Below are positions 45,101 to 58,224 of a stretch of DNA of 64,000 nucleotides, piece by piece. The notes under the pieces are model-generated. The model saw only the letters and a program-made list of their open reading frames with translations. It searched no databases and was not told the origin of the DNA. Every line of letters begins with the position of its first letter. The first letter of the stretch is position 1. Source of the stretch: Emiliania huxleyi CCMP1516 (taxonomy: Eukaryota); the NCBI RefSeq assembly GCF_000372725.1, contig NW_005202237.1, forward strand, positions 62,001 to 126,000, written 5' to 3'. The position numbers were made by a program, and so were the translations under genes.

Positions 45101-48100
45101 ATGGACGATGACTTCCCTCTCGTGATGACTCTCGACGACGACGACGTCGATGACGGCGCGTCGAGCGATGGCAGTGACGACTTTGCCCTCGCCGCCGCCG
45201 CCGCGCCGGCAAAGGGCGGCCGCAAGGCGCGGCACGCGCGCGACGTCAGCAGCAGCGGCATTGCCGACATCGCCTCCGACCTGGTTGCGAGCGTGGACGG
45301 CTCGCACGGGCTGGCCGGCTCCACCGCTGCACTAGCCGAGGCCGAGGTGGCGGGCGTGGGCGTCTCGTGCCGGCATGCGACACTGGAGGCGAGGCTGCAG
45401 TCGCGGGCGGCTGTGCTCGCGGCGGAGGGTGCAGAGGGCGAGGCGGAGGAGGCGGAGGCGGAGGCGGAGGCGGAGGCGCTGCGCGAGGTCAAGAAGGGCA
45501 GGCGAGCCCGCGAGGCAGCCGCGGCGGCAGAGGCTGCTGCGGCTCGAGGCGGGCGCGGCAAGGAGAAGGGCAAGGAGAAGGGCGGAGAGAAGGGCGGAGC
45601 TCGCGCCGGCTCCGCCGCCGCTCCGGACGAGGGGGGGCCGGCGGCGGGAGAGGCGGGCGGGAGCGAGGCTGGCGAGGCTCTCACCCGGCCGGAGGCTAAG
45701 TCCTTCAAGGAGCTCGGCCTGTCGCTGCCGCTGCTCAAGGCGGTGCAGGAGCTGGGCTTCGAGGCGCCGACGCCCATCCAGGCGGCGGTGGTGCCGGCGG
45801 CGCTGCGCGGGCTCGACATCTGCGGCTCGGCCGTCACGGGGAGCGGCAAGACCGCCGCCTTCACACTCCCCATCCTCGAGCGGCTTCGGCACCGCTCGCG
45901 CCGCGAGCAGGCGGCGCCGCGCACAGCTCGCCTTCTCAGTGATCGCACCTTTCGTTGTTAGGTACCGCTCGCGCCGCGCGCAGGCGACGCGCGCGCTCGT
46001 GCTCTGCCCGACGCGCGAGCTTGCGTCGCAGTGCGAGGCGAGCAGTAGCAGTAGCAGTAGCAGCAGCAAGCAGTAGCAAGCAACAGCGGCAGCGTGCGAG
46101 CAAGGGTCGGCTGTCTCTCGGCTAGACTTCGGCTACCTCTCCCCTGCAGGCGATGGGCCGCAAGCTCGGCGCCCACTGCGACGCCCGGTTCGCACTCGTG
46201 GTCGGCGGCCTCTCCTCCTCGCTGCAAGAGGCTGAGCTGCGCACGCACCCGGAGGCGCGTCGCCGTCGCGGCGGCCGGCATGCCGCAGGGGCTCTTCTCG
46301 GACCCGTCCCGGGACGCGTCCGCGTAGGTGGTCGTCGCGACGCCCGGCCGGATGCTCGACTTGCTGCGCAACTCGCCCGCCGTCGGGCTGGAGGCGCTCG
46401 AGATTCTGGTGCTGGACGAGGCGCGGGAGGGAGCCGAGAGGCAGCCCGAGAGGCGCATCTCGGGTGATCTCGGGCGATCTCAACAGGCGGACCGGCTGCT
46501 CGACCTCGGCTTCCGGGCCGAGGTGGAGGAGGTGGTGCGGATGTGCCCGCCGGAGAGGCAGACCCTCCTCTTCTCGGCTACCATCTCCGCAGAGGTCGCA
46601 GAGCTGGCGAACGCGTCGCTGCGAGAGCCGCTGCAGGCCCTCCCCCTCTCCGCTCCCCGCTTCTCTCCGCCTCTCTCCGCTTCCCCCGCCCCCCCCCTCC
46701 CCTTCCGCCTCCCCTCCCTCCCCCGCACGCGTCAGCGGGCCGAGACCTGCCCCCGCCCTCGAGACGTGCCCCCGCCCTACCCCCCGCAGGTCAAGGTGGA
46801 CGCGCTGTACGGCGTCGCCGAGCGGCTGGCGCAGGAGTTCGTGCGCATCAAGCCGGGCAAGGAGCACGAGCGCGAGGCGCCCCTCCCCTCGCTCGTCCCT
46901 ACCCTCGCTCGCCCCCTCCCCTCGCTCGCCCGCGTGCCCTCGCAGTGACCCTCGCAGTGACCCTCGCAGCGACCCTCGCAGCGCGCCGCGTCTCTTCACA
47001 CGCGCCCGCCGCGGACAGGCGCTCCTCCTCTCGCTCGCGAGCCGCACCTTCACCTCGCGCGCCATCGTCTTCGTCTCGTCAAAGGCAAAGGCGCACCGGC
47101 TGCGCCTCCTCTTCGGGCTCTCGCAGCTGCGCGCGGCGGAGCTGCACGGCAACCTGACGCAGCTGCAGCGGCTGCAGGCCCTCGAGACCTTCCGGCTCGG
47201 CGAGGCCGACTTCCTCATCGCGACCGACCTCGCCGGCCGCGGACTCGACATCCGCGGCGTCGAGACGGTCATCAACTACGAGCTGCCCGCCGAGATGGCG
47301 ACGTACGTCCACCGCGTCGGCCGGACCGCGCGCGCGGGCGACGCCGGCCGCGCCGTCTCGCTCGTCGGCGAGGGCGACCGCGCCTTCCTCAAGCAGGTGC
47401 TGCGGCACGCGCGCGGCGCCGTCAAGTCTCGCGTCGTGCCGCCCGTCGCGGTGGCGCACTGGGCGGCGCGGATCGGCGCGATGGAGCCGCAGGTGCGCGA
47501 GGTGCTGGCGGAGGAGGCGGAGGACCGCGCGCTGCGGGTGGCGGAGATGGAGGCGAACAAGGCGTCCAACCTGCTCGACCACCGCGCCGAGATCCTCGCG
47601 CGGCCGGCGAAGACCTGGTTCCAGACGCCAAAGGAGAAGGCGGCCACCAAGGCGGCGGCGATGGCCGCGCCGCTCTCCACGCCCGCGGCCGAGGCGGCGG
47701 AGCGGCGCGCGCGGCTCGAGGCGGAGGCGGAGGCGGCGGCGGCGGCGAGCCGGGAGAAGCGGGCAAAGGCGAAGCGCGACAAGTACGCGGGCATGCCGCG
47801 CAAGAAGCGGCGCCACCTGCAGCGGATGGAGGCGTGGAGCCGCGAGGCGGCCGACGGCGAGGGCGGCGGCGAGGGAGTCGGCGGCGGCGATTTTGGCACC
47901 CCCGCGGCGGGGCTGCCGAACCAGAAGCTGCTCGCGAGGCGCGCGAAGGCGGTCGAGAAGAAGGCGGGGCCGGCGCTCGGCAAGCGGGCGCCGCCCGGCG
48001 GGCTGGACGACGAGGGGCCGAAGAAGAAGAAGAAGGCGCCCAAGAAGGAGCCGTCCGCCGAGGCGGCCGCCGCGCAGGTGGCCGCCGCCGCCAGGGCCAA

Positions 48101-48182
48101 GGCCAAGGAAATGCGAGCGCTGCCGGCCCGGAAGGTGCGGTCCGGGTCAAAGTCGAAGTTCAGCAAGCCCCGCAAGCGTTGA
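45101..48182 (+). CDS. DDX27: DEAD-box RNA helicase DDX27/DRS1 (6 introns)
   Basis: PTPIQ, AVTGSGKT, PTRELA, DE|AD, SAT, ELHGNLTQLQR, YVHRVGRTARAG, ANKASNLL.H..EI.ARP.KTWF. Confidence 0.92.
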
Positions 48183-48329
48183 AATTCTGAGAGTCGAGGC
48201 CCATCGTGGTTTCTGCTAGGAAGCCGCCGTAAAATCGGATAAAGAAAAGAATTTAAACAAAAGAACTCTCTCTCCCAGCAGAGAAAAGAATTCTCGGAAG
48301 GAATTCATCCATGCGGCGGCTCGCCACGC

Positions 48330-49939
48330 ATGACGAGCGGCATGGCCCTCGCTCCGGTTTGCAACCAACTGCCAAACGTTAAGCCGGGCAGCGGCCGTGC
48401 GAGGGTCCGGGATTTCGACGACGTCGCGCTTGCCGTACCTTCCACTGCAGCGAGAGGGTGCAGCTTCAAGCCGCCGCCTCCTCCGCCCCTCGTCGACACG
48501 CAAGCTGAATTCGCCGTGCAAACCCAGCTCGTCGCCGCGCTGAGGGGCGAGGTTGCGAGACTGCGTGCAGAGCTGGAGGAGCAGGTACGCGCGGCAGCCG
48601 CAGCCCAGCAGGCGTTGCGAGAGCAGCACTCGGCAGAGCTGGAGGCGCTGCGTCGACAAAAGGACAATGAGCTTGCGCTGATGCGTTCGGAGCACGATCA
48701 GGGGATGCGTTCGGAGCACGATGAGGGGATGCATTCGGAGCACGATGGAGGGAGGAGATCAGCTGTGTCCCTTGATAGCGCGGGGGGCAGGGCGTCAGCG
48801 AGACTGTCAGCGAGGCTCAGCCTCGAGAGCATTGGCAGCGACTCCGAGCAGCTCGAAATCTTTGCCAAAGAAAGCCTCGAAAACCTTCGTGACGTGCGCG
48901 AAAAGCTCGCCGAGATCCGAATGGACGCTCACGAGGCGTGGCAGCAGGAGTCGCAAAAGATTCGCGAGGAGGCCGAGCTCAAGGCGGTGCTGAAGGCCAG
49001 CGCAGCGGCCCCCTCGCCGGCAGCCAGCATCAGAATCGTGCCAGCGGTGAAGCGCAAAATCGCCGGCTTCCTCCCGTCGACGTACGCTCCCGACTCGGAG
49101 GCGAGGGTGCTCTCGAAGGCTCTTGACCTGGGCAAGCTCATCACCTTCAAGCTGAAGAGCAAGGCCATCGAGCGGGCCAAGAATAGCACGAGCGTGAGCT
49201 CTGCGGACAGCTTTGAGTACACCGTCCTCGATCTGTCGGACATTGGCGGCCGTGAGACCACAAGGCCGATCACGTTGGAGAAGGCGTTCGCGGAGCACAA
49301 GAAGAAGTTTACGGGCGACCAGAGGTACGACCCGGAGGCGTGGGCAGCGGGAATCGAAGAGCTGCAGTCGCGCCAGCGGGCGCACTATCTCCACCTCCTT
49401 GAGCGCCTAGAGGAGCGCTGCCATGCCTCGCCTCGAGCGTGCCCGCCGCTGCGCCGTCACGAGTGGACCCCCCTCCGCTGCCAGGTGGAGCACCGTGACG
49501 AGGCTGCCGTGGCCATGCTGCGCCTTCACAGCCTGCCCGACGAGTACACCTTGCCGCTGAAGCTGGGCGACATTTTTGTCATCTGGAACCCACGGTGTGG
49601 ATGTACCGGCCCCGCTCGCATCGCCCCGTCACAGAATCGTGACTTGGATTCGCTTCGGTCCGCGGTAGGCGAGACGACAAGGCGGCTCCCGCGCCGGGCA
49701 CAAAGGTCGCCAGCGAGGTGCCCGCTTTTGCGAAACGACCTTCGGCGACGGGCGCGATGACTCTTCAGGACCGCGCGACGACGAACGCGGTCAGCGTCGA
49801 CCAACTCGTGCAGTGGTGCAGCGTCCACAAGGCGACGGTGAACATCTCTCTGAGGATCGACGCCGCCAGCGTCGACCAGACAACAGACTCGTCTCTCGCC
49901 TTCGATGCGGTCTGGAAGAAGTGCTTTCGACTTGCATGA
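48330..49939 (+). CDS. Hypothetical coiled-coil protein (spliced)
   Basis: Long ORF with coding-like codon usage, continued after probable introns near 49410-49485 and 49595-49668. Confidence 0.5.
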
Positions 49940-50049
49940 CTCTCTACTTGACTCTCTCTCTCTTCTAGACACTAGAGTTTTCGCTTGCGGCTTGGAGCAC
50001 TAGTGAACCTTGTGAAGTTGTTGTTATGAGTATTGAATCGAAGGTGAAG

Positions 50050-50400
50050 AAGAAAAAAGAAAGAAAGAAAACGGACAGCCCAGGGAGGGATGGGAGGACG
50101 GCACGCCGCCACCACACAGGGATTTCAAGGGGAGAAGTGTGGTGCTAGCCAGCCGTCGCCCACCCTCGGGCGTCTACCACTTCCTATCTCTCTTCGCAGT
50201 TTCTCACCAATCCTCGCAGCGACCTTCATGCCACGCGTTCTTCCCAGTGTCTCATCCTCGTTCTCGCTCTCCTGCTGTTTCATTCATCCTCTGACTCATC
50301 GCTCTCCTCGGCCTCGTTCTGAAACGCCGCTGCCGTCTGCCGATCCCTTGCTCTCGCCTCTCTGCGTAACTCCGCCCTCCTCGCGGCATATTTTAGGTGT
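50050..50400 (-). mobile_element. R1 3'-end copy with (TTTC)n tail
   Basis: Reverse complement matches ~40385-40715. Confidence 0.75.
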
Positions 50401-50568
50401 GCATCTTGGGTCCGGTTGTGTTTGTGAATAAAAGCCAGGCCGGATTGCCGGACATTTTTCTTCCCCTTCGACGGTATCCGCGCCAAGCCCTGTCGTGTGT
50501 TTGTGCTGTGAGATAGGCTTGCGTCTGCCGACAGGGGCGACGCTGCGCAGGCCCACGCTGCCGGCGCG

Positions 50569-51342
50569 ATGCGACGTGCCACATCGCTGCTCCTCGCGCA
50601 GCACAAGCCCTTCTCCTTTCTTTCGCCGTCCACTGCTCCGCGCGGCAATAAGAAGTTTGCGGTCGATCTCCTCGTGCAGAAGAACAACGCGGTCGCGGCG
50701 CCTTGGGTGACGAACGCACAGTTGGGCGCCCCGCCGCGCTCCGCCGACCACCCGCGAAGCGTGCCTGGGCTGGTGTGCATCGGACGCCTCGACGCCGACA
50801 CCACGGGGCTCATGCTCTGGACGGACGACGCCGACATGGCGCGGCGCGTGATGTCCGCCGACAGCGGGGTGGAGAAGGAGTACCTGGTCCGCGTAAAGGG
50901 CCACGAGGCGTGGGACGAGCGGCGGCGCGAGCGGACGACGCGCCTCCTCGCCCACGGGATGGCCATCGACGGCGTGCCACTCCATCGCGCGACCGCCGGC
51001 TGGCTGAACGGCGAGCAGCTGCGGGTCGTGCTGACCGAAGGCAGGCACAGGCAGGTGCGGAAGATGTGCGACATGGTGGGCCTGGAGGTGCTAGCGCTCA
51101 AGCGCGTCCGCATCGGCCCCATCCGCCTGGGCGGGCTCCGAACCGGGCAGTGGTCCGCCCTCCCCTCCCACCTGCAGAGGCGTCTCTGGGCTGCCGCGGT
51201 CGGGCAGGACGCGCCGGGCGACGGGTCGGTGCCGGGCGGGAGCAGCAGAGAGTGCGCGATCCCCGCAGAGGGAACGCTGCCCAAGCGCAGAAATAGCACT
51301 CGGGTGACCTCGAGCCGGGTGGTGAATGAGGTAGTGATATGA
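50569..51342 (+). CDS. RNA pseudouridine synthase, RsuA/RluB/E/F family
   Basis: IGRLDADTTGL, EKEYLV, LTEGRHRQVRKM, LKRVRIG. Confidence 0.9.
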   Translation: MRRATSLLLAQHKPFSFLSPSTAPRGNKKFAVDLLVQKNNAVAAPWVTNAQLGAPPRSADHPRSVPGLVCIGRLDADTTGLMLWTDDADMARRVMSADSGVEKEYLVRVKGHEAWDERRRERTTRLLAHGMAIDGVPLHRATAGWLNGEQLRVVLTEGRHRQVRKMCDMVGLEVLALKRVRIGPIRLGGLRTGQWSALPSHLQRRLWAAAVGQDAPGDGSVPGGSSRECAIPAEGTLPKRRNSTRVTSSRVVNEVVI

Positions 51343-51559
51343 CTGACCTGATGCTCGTACGATAGCAGCTCGTGTGTGCGCGAAACTAACAAAAACTGCT
51401 ACGCTAGTCTCACGTCCGCCTCCATTCACGGGGTGCCCTCGCGTCAGTGCGCGCGCGCCGCGATGGCGAGCCTCCTCCGTTTTGCGTTCCCGTTCGTTAC
51501 TTTCCTGAGTATTATATTCTTACGTACCGTCCTCATACGACAGCCAAATCCATGAGCTA

Positions 51560-51919
51560 TCTGTCACCCGCCTTGCCAGCCGCGAGAGCGGAGCTCGGCT
51601 TGCCGCTCGAGAGCCGCGCGCGCCTCCATATCTGCTCGCCGCCTCGCCTCGTCCTCGACCCGCTGCTGGTTTTCGCGGAGGATGTCGTGCACTCTCGCCG
51701 CCTCGCTGAGCCGCATATCCTCCTTGTGCCGCGCCGCCGCCACTTTTGCATCCCGCTCGGCCTCGAGACGCGTCCTCTCCTCCTGCTTGGCAGCGGCGAT
51801 CTGCGCCGCCGCTCGCTCTTCAATCTGCTGCTGCACGGCCTCCGAGAGCAGGGCGCGCTCCACGCGCTCGGCGCACACCGCCTTCAGGTCGCCAGACGCC
51901 AGGCGCGTGCGCACGTCGC
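51560..51919 (-). CDS. Partial Arg/Glu-rich coiled-coil protein (ARGLU1-like?), truncated by the gap
   Basis: R/E-rich exon containing DILRENQQRVEDEARRR. Upstream sequence is lost in the N-run. Confidence 0.35.
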
Positions 51920-52019
51920 NNNNNNNNNNNNNNNNNNNNNNNNNNNNNNNNNNNNNNNNNNNNNNNNNNNNNNNNNNNNNNNNNNNNNNNNNNNNNNNNN
52001 NNNNNNNNNNNNNNNNNNN
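51920..52019. other. Assembly gap (100 N) followed by (TG)n to 52081
   Basis: Seen directly. Confidence 1.
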
Positions 52020-52084
<65 letters not shown>

Positions 52085-53059
52085 ATGTAACGAGATTTCT
52101 ACATTGCGCTCTAGACGGGGGCTCTTGGGGCAGCAGCTCACAGCCTATTTTTGGTCGGTTTTTGGCGCTAAAAATGCAAAATTTTCTTCGCGGGGCTCTG
52201 CCCCGCACCCCGCTGGGGCTGCCAGCCCCAGACCCCAGGCTGGGGCTCCGCCCCAGACCCCGAGTTAGGCGCTGTCGGCGGCCAGAGGCCGAGTTACGTC
52301 TGCAGGCAAAAGTCGCTCGCTGCCGTCTGAGCTCGAAAAAAATCGCGATTCAAGTGCTCAAGAAGAGATAAACAAACCTCACGATCGCCAGTCCGCCCGC
52401 CGCGCAGAAGGCGCATCTTACGTTCTTTCTTTTCTCGCGGGAGTCATTTAGTTCGCCGCTCTGTGTATCTCGAGACCTCGAGAGAAGGCCGCCCGCAGGC
52501 CCGAGGGCCCAAGTCAAGAATTGGCTTTCTTTTGGCGGGCAAGTCGCTTAGGCTCCCGTGGTGTACCTGTGTTAGTACCAGTGCGCGCCAGTCCCGTGCC
52601 CAGTGTGATGCGACATCCCTGTAAAATTCTTTTTTGACACGATTGTTAAAATAAAATCCCTGGCACCAGCCTTGGCAGTGAGTTGGCCTTGGCACCAGCC
52701 TTGGCGGGCGGGCACGCGGGACATGCACGGGCGCCAAGGGGCGCGGCGCCGACAATCACGGCGGTGATTGCGGCGCAGGTGGGGGGACGGGAAGTCCGCC
52801 GGCGTTGCCGGGGGCCCAAGGAAGCGCGAGGGAAAAATTCCGCCGCTGAGGGCGCTCGTGCGGCAATAGCCGGGTGGAGGGGGGAGCGTGCCGGACGGGG
52901 CGTCGTCGCGCCGTCCGATGGTCTGCTGCCCCGCGCAGCAACCGTCGGGCGACGACCCGGGGGCCAAAAACCCGGCGACGACGGCGCTCTGGATGGGGCG
53001 TGACCTCCTGCCTCCAACCTCCTTCCTTTTTGAGCAGGTGTGACGCCGCGCAAGCGACG

Positions 53060-53190
53060 CTCCGAGATCGCCCGAGATAGCGCGGCGCAGCCCCGAGATC
53101 GCCCGAGATAGCGCGAGATCGCCCGAGATAGCGCGGCGCGGCCCCGAGATCGCCCGAGATCGCGCGAGATCGCCCGAGATCGCGCGGCGC
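53060..53190. repeat. CGAGAT(C/A)GC.. tandem repeat (intron-filler type)
   Basis: About 9 units. The same motif (reverse complement) lies in a DDX27 intron at ~46457-46480. Confidence 0.75.
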
Positions 53191-53588
53191 GGCCCGGGGC
53201 GGGGTGGATGGGTTGGGAGCGAGGGGGCGGAAGTGTTCAGTGCGGTAGATGGCGAGCTCGAGGCGCGTGAGCCGGACTTGTGAGCCGGACCACCCCCTCT
53301 TGTTCTCTGCGTTGTTGAGCCAGGACTCAACATACTCGGGCTTGCTCATCCCAAACTGTCACTCCCCTCTCTCCCGGCCGGGGTGGGGCGCGCGCGGGTG
53401 TGCGGCGGGTGTGAGGGATGTCTGTGAGCCCGAGAGCGATATGCCATGTCCGCCTTCCGTTGTTTCATAACATCGAAGGCTAAGCTCAAGAAAGAATTTC
53501 GCACGCTTTGCCCTCTCGGCCGCGCCCGCGCAGCGCCGACCAAAGTGACCGGAAGACCGGCGGCTTTCCCGTGCCTAGTCACCGAGAC

Positions 53589-54490
53589 ATGGAAGCGCTG
53601 CACGCCGTCTTCCCCACAGTCGAGGTTGAGGTCATAGAGGCGGTCCTCCAAAGCTCAGGAAGCATGGAGGCGGCCGCCGACGCCCTCGCCGCGATGGCGG
53701 CGGACGGCGCTGTGGGCCCGCCGTCTGCGCCGCCCAACTTCGGCGGCGAGAGATTTCCCGGCGGCGGCGGCCTCTCCCCGCCCTTCAACGCCTCCGCGCA
53801 GGTCGAGCAGGACGAGGCGCTCGCCCTCGCGCTGCAGCAGCAGCTTGTGTGGGAGGACGAGGAGGAGGAGCTGGCCAGGGCGAGGCACGCGAGGCTGGAG
53901 CAGGCCGCCGCGTACCCGGGCCTCGGAGGGCCGCAGTTTGTCGGGCAGCGCGGCGCGCGCGACCGCCACAGCCGGCCGCCGGCCGACCTCGACGACTCTC
54001 CCGGCCCTCTCGAGGGGCTCGGCAGCGCTGTCTACTCGGCGGGCGCAGCCACGCTCGGCGCGGCGGGCGCAGCCGCATCGAGCCTGTGGGAGTGGGTGAC
54101 GCGCTGCCATGCGCCGCCTGCCGCGAAGGTGCGAGCCCTCTCGCCGCACCCTCCCCGCGACGCACCGTAGGCGACCAAGGACGGCCACGAGGACGAGCCT
54201 GCGGAGCGGAGGCCGGGCGGCGCAGAGCCGGCCCAGAGGGAGCTGCGCGCGATACGTGCGCCGGCCCCGACACCACACGCACGCACGCACACGCACACGC
54301 ACGCACGAGCACGCACGAGCACGCACGAGCACTCACGCACGTCCCCCGCGGCGCACCACGCCACATCCGCCCTGCGGCGCAGACGAGGAGCGACACTCCG
54401 GCAGCTGCTCGGGCGCGGACCACTCCGAGAGCGGGCAGGCGGGCAGCATGCGGCGGAGGGCGCGCCGCGGAGATGCCAAGGACGAATAGC
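53589..54490 (+). CDS. CUE-domain ubiquitin-binding protein
   Basis: LHAVFPTVEVEVIEAVL...AAADAL and QVEQDEALALALQ. 3' exons are approximate. Confidence 0.7.
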
Positions 54491-54800
54491 CGGTTATGTT
54501 CGCCTGAGAGCGGGGTCGCCACGCTCTCTGTGTTTGTCTGATTTGCCTCTTCCCCTCTGTCCTGTGTGTGAGCTGTCTGAGCTGTGACGAGTGGAGGCGA
54601 AGGAGCGTGTGGAGCGCGTGAGCAGTTTGTGTATATGGTGCGGTGGCGGTGACCTGTGGCTCTGGCTGTGCGCTATGTGGGTGGCTTTACCGATGCCGCT
54701 GGTCCGCCTCCCCCCCGCCCCTTCCGCGGGTGATTCGTGTGTGTTGTACCTTGTACGTCAGTTAGCCTCAGTCTTTTTTCGAGAGAACCCTGACACCAGA

Positions 54801-56507
54801 TCACGCATCACGACTCGCCGCGTGCATCCGTCGCCGAGCCTCCTCGAGCACGGCTCGGACTTGGTCCTTTGAGAAGAGGAGCGGCAGGCGGCGCGCAGAG
54901 GTACAGCTTGAGGTTGAGCTAGACAGCTGGTGGCGCACGTGCTGGCGCTTGGTCGCCGCCCACGTTTCATGCGCCACCTCGCGCGCGAGTGCCCATGGCA
55001 CGTGGCTGTCGTAGTGTCCCTCCGCCCTTCGAGTCAATCCGGCGTCGTGGGCCAGGCCTGCACAGCGGTACGGCACCCCCACCTCGCCCACCTCGCCCGC
55101 CTCGCCCGCCCCCGGACCGCTCGCAACGGGCCGCAACGGGTACAGCTTAGCCTCGGCCCTCTTGCACTGCAGCAGCAGCAGCTCCAACCGCGTCGCGGAC
55201 GCCTTCGCATGCTTCCGCACGTAGGCCTGCAAGAGGCGAACGGCGTGCATATAGACCTTGATGGCAACCATAACGCGCCCTTGCTTGGAGCAAAGCTGGA
55301 GGAAGTGCGTGATGTGCGATGCGGCACGCCGCTTGCGCCGGACTCGTAATCGAAGGCGGAGGTGCCAAAGGTGCAGGCCGAGGACGGCCGCAAAGCGTCG
55401 CTCCCTCGCCTGCCGACGTCGCGCCGCCGCCGCCCGTGTCGCAGCTTGCAGAGTCACCACCGACTGCTGAAGTGCGCGCAGTCTGCGCGAGCGCTCCAAA
55501 CAGACCGCCAGCGCCGCCGTGCGGGAGGCCAAGGCAACAAGGACAGCCCACCTAGCTCGGCGTCCGGCGGCAGCCTGCACCCGCTCGCGCAGCTGCCGCT
55601 CTCTCTTCGCCTCCTCATGGCGCCTGAGCCTCACTCGCAGCATCTCCCCCCGTTCACTCTGAAGCCTCTCTGCGCGCTGCCGCGTCGTCGCCACGCGCTC
55701 CTCGCGCTCGGTCGCAATCTGACGCATGCGCTCGGCTCGGCGGCGGGGCGTGGAGGCCTGCGCCACGTTCACGGCATTCTCGGCGATGAGGTTGAGGTTC
55801 CCACAGCTCTGTCGGCGCAGCGTTGCGCTCTGTGCCACGCGCTCCTCCAGCTCCAGCCGCAGCGACGTGCTTTCGCGCAAGATTTGGAGCTTCAGTTTTG
55901 CACGCTCGGTGGCCGTTGGTCGGCACTTCAGCTGCAGCCGGCGCAGCGGCTCAGCCCACGGATGCTCCCGAGCTTTCAGTAGCAGAGCCTCCTGGAAGTC
56001 TGCGGTCGCCTCTCCGTGGGCACTGGCTGCCGCTGAGATCGCAGGGCGAGCCGAGGCAGGAGCGCTGTGCCCAGCCTCCTGCTCGACTGTTAGCGGTGAG
56101 CACCTGCGTCTCCTCTCCCCCAACCTGGAGTCATAGCGGTTGCCAATAAGCCCACGCAACTCTGCAAATGTGGCGACAAAGGCGTCAGTCTCCGCCGAGT
56201 GCTGCTCAGAGTCGCTCCAGTCTGGATCAAAGTCACCCGTCCGGACGCTGGGCGCCCATCGGGTCTGGTGGTGCAGCAATGCGAGGCATGCACCAGAAGA
56301 TCGGTTCACTGATAGCGTGCTGAGGCTTGCCTGCCTGTCTATACCGCAGATGGCGCTGCCGTTCTTGCCACACAAAAGAGGCAGCGCCTGCGACACTGTT
56401 CCATGCTCTGCAGCCGCCACACTGGCCGCGAGTTGCCTTCGTGGGGAGGGACAGCCCGACCGTCGTGTCAGGGGCCGCTGCAGGCAGTCGACGTCGTGAT
56501 TGGACAT
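54801..56507 (-). CDS. Coiled-coil protein with IQ-like motifs
   Basis: 568-aa ORF with SVVTLQAATR and AVRLLQAYVR. Confidence 0.55.
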   Translation of the reverse strand: MSNHDVDCLQRPLTRRSGCPSPRRQLAASVAAAEHGTVSQALPLLCGKNGSAICGIDRQASLSTLSVNRSSGACLALLHHQTRWAPSVRTGDFDPDWSDSEQHSAETDAFVATFAELRGLIGNRYDSRLGERRRRCSPLTVEQEAGHSAPASARPAISAAASAHGEATADFQEALLLKAREHPWAEPLRRLQLKCRPTATERAKLKLQILRESTSLRLELEERVAQSATLRRQSCGNLNLIAENAVNVAQASTPRRRAERMRQIATEREERVATTRQRAERLQSERGEMLRVRLRRHEEAKRERQLRERVQAAAGRRARWAVLVALASRTAALAVCLERSRRLRALQQSVVTLQAATRAAAARRRQARERRFAAVLGLHLWHLRLRLRVRRKRRAASHITHFLQLCSKQGRVMVAIKVYMHAVRLLQAYVRKHAKASATRLELLLLQCKRAEAKLYPLRPVASGPGAGEAGEVGEVGVPYRCAGLAHDAGLTRRAEGHYDSHVPWALAREVAHETWAATKRQHVRHQLSSSTSSCTSARRLPLLFSKDQVRAVLEEARRRMHAASRDA

Positions 56508-56601
56508 TGTCCGGCGCCGAGTTTTGTGGGACGTGCGGAGCTAGAACTCTTCGATTGGCCGCTCGCAAAACCGCGAAACCACCGCGCCCCGGCTCGGCCG
56601 A

Positions 56602-58224
56602 ATGCGCGGCCATGCTACGGACACGGTGCTGCTTTCCCTTCTCTGCGCTGCTGATGCGGCCAGGATCATCGTCCGTGAGACCGGACAGTTGGTCTTGGTG
56701 GGCATGGGGCATGTGCGCCTGGGCATGCATGAGTGGCGACCTCCGTTGTTGCCGCCGCCAGAACCACTGCTGCCACCGCTGGTGCCGCCGTCAAAGCAGC
56801 CACCACCATCGCCGAGCCCATCTTCCGCAGGTGGACCGTTCCTACCTCCGCCAGCTCTGCCACAGCTGCAACCGCCTACCTTCCCCGGGCTGCCGTCGCC
56901 GATCCCTCCGCACTTGCCCCCACCATCGCCGTACGCCGCCCATCAACTACCGCCGTCGCTGCCATGGTCTTGGCCGTCGCTACCCCCGCTCTCGCCACCA
57001 CCCTCGGCACCGCCACCGCCACCGCCACTGCTACCGCCCTTGCAACCGCCTTCACGACCGCCCTCGCCACCGCCCTCGCCGCCGCCCTCGTCACCGCCCC
57101 CGCCGCTACCCTCGCCGCCACTGATGCCTCAGGGCCTCCCAGCATCGCCTCCCCTTTTCCCGCCGCTACTGCCGCTTGCCCCACCACCTGAAGCACCGGG
57201 ACCGTCACCGCTGCAGCCGGCGCCATCACCCTCCCCTCCACCACCACTTGCGCCGCCGCCGCCACTCCCGCCCCCACCTTTGCCGGACACACCTCCCCCG
57301 CTGCTGCCTCCGCCTCAGCCTCCACCCCCACCGTCAATCCCGCCCTCGTCTCCGCCGTCGTCTCCTCCGCCAGCGTCACCGCCGCCTCTACCTCTGCGTC
57401 CACCACCTACGCCGTCGCCGCCTCCGGCGTCACCTCCGGCGCCACCTCCGCACCCACCGCCTCTTCCGCCGCCTCCAACTCGGCCGCCGCCTCCCCTGCC
57501 CCCCAGTCCGCCCCACCCATCGTCTCCGCCTCCCCCGTCGACTCCGCCAGAGGTTCCTCCGTCTCCCGACCCTCCTCGCGCCCCGCCACCCCCTCAGCAA
57601 CCTCAACCACCGAATGCCCCGGCGCCCGCCGCCCCGCCGCTGTCGGAGTGGATCACGCTGCTGGACGCCACCGGGACAGTCACGTCAACGCGGTCCGACG
57701 TACACACGCTGTGGGCGTGCCCCTCCACCGCGGACAGCCACTGCCAGCTGGCAGAGCCAATGGGCGATGCCTGGTGCGCCCTGCTCGCCGCTTCGCTTTC
57801 GGGCGGTGAGTGGACCAGCCTCGCGCGGCTGAATGCCCCTGGCAACAGCATCAGCGTGACGTGTATCGAGGCGCTCGTGGCGGCGTACCACAGTGGCGGG
57901 TACGGCGAGCTCGAGATGAACCTCGCTGGAAGCTGCAGCAGCGCGGAGGACGGCAGCGCGCTAAACAGCCCGCCGGCGTGCGCCGCGCAGTGGCACCCGC
58001 AGGACGGCGGCGGCTGGCCGACCTGCCTGGAGGGCTACTCGTGCTGCGTGGAGTCTTCGGCGGCGGAGCCCGCCTGCGCGCCAGCGTGCGCCGTCCGGCT
58101 GCAGCTGCAGCACGGCTCGGTCGCGGACGCGTCTTGCCACCAGGTGGTGTGGTGGCCGCCCGGGCTGCCGGCCAAGTTTGTGTGCCTGAGCGTGGTGATG
58201 ACTTGGGCTGGCTGCCCGGCGTGA
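56602..58224 (+). CDS. Extensin-like proline-rich protein with Cys-rich C-terminal domain
   Basis: About 300 aa of SP/PP repeats followed by a Cys-rich globular region. Confidence 0.55.
   Translation: MRGHATDTVLLSLLCAADAARIIVRETGQLVLVGMGHVRLGMHEWRPPLLPPPEPLLPPLVPPSKQPPPSPSPSSAGGPFLPPPALPQLQPPTFPGLPSPIPPHLPPPSPYAAHQLPPSLPWSWPSLPPLSPPPSAPPPPPPLLPPLQPPSRPPSPPPSPPPSSPPPPLPSPPLMPQGLPASPPLFPPLLPLAPPPEAPGPSPLQPAPSPSPPPPLAPPPPLPPPPLPDTPPPLLPPPQPPPPPSIPPSSPPSSPPPASPPPLPLRPPPTPSPPPASPPAPPPHPPPLPPPPTRPPPPLPPSPPHPSSPPPPSTPPEVPPSPDPPRAPPPPQQPQPPNAPAPAAPPLSEWITLLDATGTVTSTRSDVHTLWACPSTADSHCQLAEPMGDAWCALLAASLSGGEWTSLARLNAPGNSISVTCIEALVAAYHSGGYGELEMNLAGSCSSAEDGSALNSPPACAAQWHPQDGGGWPTCLEGYSCCVESSAAEPACAPACAVRLQLQHGSVADASCHQVVWWPPGLPAKFVCLSVVMTWAGCPA

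Noticed and set aside
48679..48748. 3 x 21-bp repeat as a possible intron or element
   Set aside because: It is an in-frame coding repeat (MRSEHD.G) with no boundary signals.
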